From the NCBI GenBank assembly GCA_020137815.1, contig CM035359.1:6634001-6698000 (forward strand): a stretch of DNA of 64,000 bases, in the 5' to 3' direction. The notes under the pieces were generated by a model, which worked only from the letters and a program-made list of their open reading frames with translations, ran no database searches and was not told the DNA's origin. The first letter of the stretch is position 1. Each line of letters starts with the position of its first letter. This document shows positions 58,281 through 64,000 of the stretch, piece by piece. A program made the position numbers and the translations under genes. The DNA comes from Hormiphora californensis. Taxonomy: Eukaryota; Animalia; Ctenophora.

Positions 58281-58737
58281 GTTTCAACAGTTCCATATTA
58301 TGATCACACAGACATCCAAACAAGAGAACTTATCTGTCTTTCTTCGCTTGTGATGGTGCTGAAAGGCTGCCTGAATGCACTACTATAATTATATGTCGAC
58401 ACGTATAGCAAAGACAAGCTGTCTGCAGAGTATTACAGTAAAAACGTTGAATGTTGACAAATCAGCTGTCTTTACGTGCAAGTGCAGAGAAAATTGTGTC
58501 TGCCAGCTCTCCATGAATTGCAGACAATTTGATGCCATACAAGTAGAAGGAAAGATTCCAAAGTAAGCAGGTGACAGGTATTTGTAATTAATTAAATGTT
58601 AATGTTTTTTAACGTTTAATATATTTGTAATTTGTATCTTTCATTTTACGCGATAAATAGTTGCCTAGCTAGACTCTGTTTTGCACGCCCCGCACGCGAA
58701 ACAAAATGTAAAGGAGGGTTAGAACATAACAAATAAA

Positions 58738-58940
58738 TAGGGTAGCGCCTGGCTATTTGAAATGGCGGCTAATTTGAAACACCCCTTCGACTACAGGCCA
58801 ACAGGTGCACCATATTTGGATTTAAAGACATCAGTGGGCTAGTCAGAACTCATGCCAAGCCCACTGATGTATGAAAATCCAAATTGCTGGCCTGTAGAGG
58901 GGGGTGTTTCAAATTAGCCACCATTTCAGTCGCTACCCTA
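58738..58940. mobile_element. Palindromic MITE with TAGGG...CCCTA termini (hAT-like)
   Basis: TAGGGTAGCG / CGCTACCCTA termini and extended internal inverted repeats; TSD degenerate. Confidence 0.65.
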
Positions 58941-59264
58941 CAACTTAATTTATAGCCATGGCCCATATCATATCATTTGTGTTGCTGTGCGTGTAAACGC
59001 TAGAACAGGTGCACTGTGCAGACTAATCACCATGAGGGGGGGGGGGTGATTGATCATTGCGAGGGACTTATATTACTAAGGATATTTAGAGCAACTCCGA
59101 AGTAATGCCACGTGCAGTAGTATAATTAGGATGATGAAATGGTTAACATTGTAAAATGTAAAATATACATAAATTGTCCCAGTACAGATTCTGTAGAATG
59201 ATTAATCTGTCTTGAAACGTCATATTCATTTTGAGATTCTCACCACACGAACCGAAACAAAGCT

Positions 59265-61816
59265 GATTTTGGCAGAACTCACAGTTTTCACACAAAACAA
59301 ACTTCTTCAAGTGTGATACAACATCCGTTATAACCCCTCCTTCCCACCTAATTAGCAGCGAGCAGTTTCGTTAATTGGGTCCAATTAGTGAGGAATGCAA
59401 CAGACAACGCTGGTTATATCACGTTAGTATCATGGGAGAGGAAGAAAGGAATAGAGATAGTACGCTTCTCACAGAGAGAGAGAGAGAGATGGCAAAAACA
59501 AAAGAGATACCGATTCTAAAATCGGAGCTGCACACGTCGAGATACTGCTGCCTTGTTGCCTTAACCTGATTATATGACCAGATAACAAAATATAGTTTCA
59601 AGTTACATACTGTACAACTGTTTTTTTCCTCGTCAGCGTGGCTTATAATATCTCGATAGAGATCTTGGTCTCATTCTCTTCCCTTGAGTATCTTCATCAA
59701 TACTGATGATGATAATATTAACTCTATAACACAGTCGCAGGATATCGATACTAAGACAAAAATATTATCATCACTCCTGGATATCAGCGGGGGGAACTCA
59801 GAAATGAGTTCTTCGTGCCAGCTGAGCTCTTCAAGCTCAGTCCCGTTGCCGTGGACCTGGTTGGCTGATGGTCCAGTGATTACGGTCAAATCACACCGGC
59901 TCTCTCCCCAAGTACGGGGAGTAAACTTTGCCAGAGACCTTGCCGGACTCAATTATGGCACGGAGCTCTTGCAGTGAAACTATACCAGTTGAACTGATAA
60001 TCTCACCCCAGCCAGTAACTTTGTTACACATGGCACCGAGCTCTTGCAGTGCAACTGATCCCAGTTGAACTGATAATCTCACTTGAAATAGGGTCCATCC
60101 CTAGGTTGAGTAAACGGAATTTATTAAATTAAATCCCAGTTACTAAGCCTACTTAATCGCGGTCGCTGATGACCATTATGAATCAGCACATAACCTACAT
60201 GATAACAATGGCTAGACTACTGGGACATTGCCGAGAATATTCTCACTTCCGACCAAACACTCGACCTGATAAAACTAACCTAACTTACAGCCAGATGCAA
60301 CCACCCCTAACTATCCTGACCTGAAACAGGTAACAGAGTCGAGACTGTTACCTAGGAGGGACTACACACATTCACATCTACCTTAGGACCCGCGAGTAAT
60401 GGGGCAGGTCTGGGCCCACTCGGCCACCCCGCATCCTTAGGCAAGTATTTATACTTGCACAATGCCTCACAGTGTTACTTTAAGTGTAGACGCTTAACCG
60501 TGCAACATAAGTCTAAGAAATTAGACTTTTCCGGACCTCCTGGCTGTATGCAGATCTGTGTACTAGCGGTATCGACCCAAGGCCTAGAGTGTGATAAGAT
60601 TTGTCAACCGACACAGCCCTAACGGCCTGTGAGTTATCGCTAGTGACAAATTCGGAAACCCACCTACTTCTACAGCTCCTTGCAGCAGTAGTAACCGAAG
60701 ACCAGCCAGTGTGGCAGGTAAATTTCACCCATTGTCCTAACATACAAGACACGCTGGTCTCTATTAAGCCGTATATCAAAACTCTTCTTGTGGTGCCGGT
60801 ACAGTTCGAGGGAAATGTGGAGCTTGCTCTGCAGAACACCAGGACTGAACCGGAGAACACCAACACTGTCCCTTTGTGTGGGGGGGGGGGGGGGGGGGTA
60901 GTGGCGTGGAGTGATTATAATAGAGGTCGGCTGTCGACCTATGAAGGGGCAGCACAGTGGGCGGAATGATGGGAGGTGCAAAACACACACACACACACAC
61001 ACACTCCTGGATATCGATTTCAATAAGGCCAAGATCTGCGATTAGATGGGAAGTTCATCGAATGAACCAAAAGTTTTAATGTTTGTTTTGTAAAAATCAC
61101 ATACCAGGACTCGATTGTAACACGGTCGCTTGTAGTGGGAAAACGGTAATGGAAAACTGAGATACAGTAAGACGACACGCAACCGTGGCCAATCAGGGCG
61201 CTAGTACGTGCTGAACACATGCACTTTTTGCCGCGCGTTATGCAACGTGCACGTCTCATTACTGTATTTCTATTACGGTAATACGACTACAAGCAGCACT
61301 GTAAGTCCAAGAACAAGGGTGATGTGATGGAGGAGGGAAATGAATTAACACGCATGTACGGACTTTACCGATAATGATCGCTGTTTGTTGGACACTTGGA
61401 CTGGCTGTGGTTGTACTTGGAGCAAGCGTTCGCCCTAGATAACCATGGTTAGGGACCAACTTACCAAATAAACCCGAGTATGTTAACCAAAAGAACTCGG
61501 GATGGTATATCAACCCGAGCGCAATGCCACGTATTTTGATTTGGTTGTTAGCACTTTTCAAGGTGTTGCGAGACGCAGGTAAGTTAACCTGGGCCTGCGT
61601 TGCGCAACACATCGTACAGTAACACCACAGTACTCTCCGATCACTATTTTCCTTTTAGACGGTTGTTTCCTACACAGAAACTACGTTTTATTTCATAACG
61701 ACAAGCAATCGAGAATTTGGCTCGATACATCAACACGGCGCCAGAAAGTCAACAGTCATGGCGAATATAATCCGTGATGAGTCAAAATATAGAGAGAAGT
61801 AGAAAACAGAAAAACA

Positions 61817-61874
<58 letters not shown>

Positions 61875-63635
61875 GAGAAAGAGAGAGAAGGGTAAGTTGA
61901 GTGAATGAGATTGAAGAGAGAAGGTACGGTATGATGATGATGATTGCCCGTACGCCTATTATGCATTCATCGTACGCAATGTTCATATTAAACACAGCCC
62001 ATATCTCTCTCGCTCTCACTCTCTCACTCTCTCACTCTCTATCTCCATCCCCTTTCTCTCTCTCTCTCTCTCTCCCTCTCTCACTCTCTATCTCCATCCC
62101 CTTTCTCTCTCTCTCTCTCCCTCTCTCACTCTCTATCTCCATCCCCTTTCTCTCTCTCTCTCCCTCTCTCTCTAGTCTCTTCTTCTCTTTCGCTCTCCAC
62201 ATATAATGTTCCATATAATTTCATCATTTATTCCGTCGAATTCCACTCGTAGTTGAGATTCTTCATCAATTAAAGAACTGATCAATAATATTATTACTAG
62301 CAAAGCCCCCTGACGTCAGCTGACCCGAACATGATAATATTAATTCAATAACACAGTCCCAATGCGACTGTCGCATCATATCAAGACAATATAATTTCAT
62401 CAATCCTGGATGAGTTTCCGATAGCTTCAATGTTTGTTTTGTAAAAATCACATACCACTCGATTGCAAGTCAGAGAGACACGAATCATGAGGAATAATAA
62501 TATGTATATATAAAGATAGTTTCCGTAGCAACGACTCTGCGAGTCATAGAGGACTCCAGAGAGCAATCAGAGACCAAGACACAGACAAACATTAATCAAA
62601 ACAAACAATTTCTCCTCTTTTCTTATCATGTCTCTCTTCGCCACGACCGAAAATTGAGACCTTTGCTAAAAGAGAGCAAAAGATAGATTGGTATAATAAC
62701 AAGAGATAAGATGCCGAAGGAGCTATTCATCTCTGACCACTATACTATTGTTGACTGCTCGTACCAATTACACGATGCTGGTATCAAGGAGATTACATGT
62801 ATAATTATACTGATAATAACTCAGTATAATACCTCATGTCATATTAATAAGACTATTTAGTTCTATACTTAGTAGTATTACTAGTAGTATAGTTTTACGA
62901 ATCTGCCAACTCTATCAACATTTTGCACCGGGTACAGGTGACAAATTCGAATTTCACGGCTCACACAGCACGCTCACAGAACAATATACAGATACCTCCT
63001 TCAACAAAATCCTCTATATAATATACCTCTCTCATTTCTCAATGACCAAATTCCTCTACTCGCTGAATTCCATAGCAATCTCCCTGGATGAATTCCAAAG
63101 GCGGCTACTGATCACACTATCACCTGCTGCAGAGGCAGCTGGAGGCAATTAGTAGATCAAAATATCACGATCAACAACATGCACAGTACACACACACAGA
63201 CTTCTCCTCATGTCTATCATTATAGTGTGAATAGGAGCCTTCTCAGAAACCAAATCAGACCGGACATCGGTGTCCAGTGTCCACGAAACAAAGCTAATCA
63301 TTTTGGCAGAACTTACAGTTTTCACACAAAACAAACTTCTTCAAGTGTGATACAACATCCGTTATAACCCCTCCTTCCCACCTAATTAGCAGCGAGCAGT
63401 TTCGTTAACTGGGTCCAATTAGTGAGGAATGCAACAGACAACGCTGGTTATATCACGTTAGTATCATGGAAAAGGAAGAAAGGAATAGAGAAAGTACGCT
63501 TCTCACAGAGAGAGATGGCAAAAACAAAAGAGATACAGATTCTAAAATCGGAGCTGCACACGTCGAGATACTGCTGCCTCGTTGCCTTAACTTAATTATA
63601 TGACCAGATAACAAAATATTGTTTCAAGTTACATA
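59265..63635. repeat. Local segmental duplication: ~340-bp block at ~59265-59610 repeated at ~63298-63635
   Basis: Near-identical text ATTTTGGCAGAACT...GTTTCAAGTTACATA in both places; a shorter duplicate at ~61078-61117 and ~62429-62466. Confidence 0.8.
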
Positions 63636-64000
63636 AAGTCGGATTTTTTGAAGTTGTCACGTGTGGCGTTGCTGCACTAAAATCCTGTAGAACTCGAATC
63701 CTACATTGGAAATTTTGTGGGGAACTGTCCCACTTCACACTTGGATAAAATTATTACAGATAAAATGAAAAAGCACCCGTCTGGATCGTCTAACCTTATC
63801 CATCCGGAGATCTTCACGGTGAGATAAACATCTGTAAACTGTTTGGAGTCCTTGAGGTTTCGTGCCATTTTGTTTCCGGGAGAAGGCAGAAGCCTGCACT
63901 AAAACGGCTCTAACCGCCAAACCACTCAACCGTTTTGGCTAATCATTAGCCCTAACCGATAACCCCAAAGAAAACACTAACCCGACCCTAACAACAGCCC

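Noticed and set aside
63940-64000. CCCTAA-like motifs as telomeric repeat
   Set aside because: Only two scattered copies, not a tandem array.

Overview
Eukaryotic (animal) genomic DNA with short GT-AG introns, abundant (CT/GA)n microsatellites and many MITEs. Host genes: a multi-exon PDE2-type GAF-GAF phosphodiesterase (+, 1167-17769), intronless PP6 catalytic subunit, multi-exon DYRK1 kinase, an AIF1/Iba1-like EF-hand gene (-), an intronless multipass membrane protein and an intronless CYP46-like P450. The outstanding feature is a 4,150-bp element at 3314-7463 inside a PDE2 intron. It has Polinton/Maverick hallmarks: AGTAGT termini, ~390-bp TIRs and a perfect 6-bp TSD (ATCATC). It carries only four intact ORFs (C2H2/core-like protein, membrane-lytic pVI/cupiennin-like peptide, major capsid protein, minor capsid/penton) and no pPolB, integrase, packaging ATPase or protease, so it looks like a capsid-only satellite or genome segment. 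It inserted into the coding sequence of a nested antisense RING/TRAF-zinc-finger gene and replaced that gene's C-terminus. Other notable items: tandem repeats that duplicate splice sites at several introns, a nested antisense gene with an AKAP-like helix inside PDE2, an ORF1-only retroposon, a tRNA-like tandem retroposon and a hairpin-rich direct-repeat element. Protein family calls come from motif recognition by eye, not from database searches.
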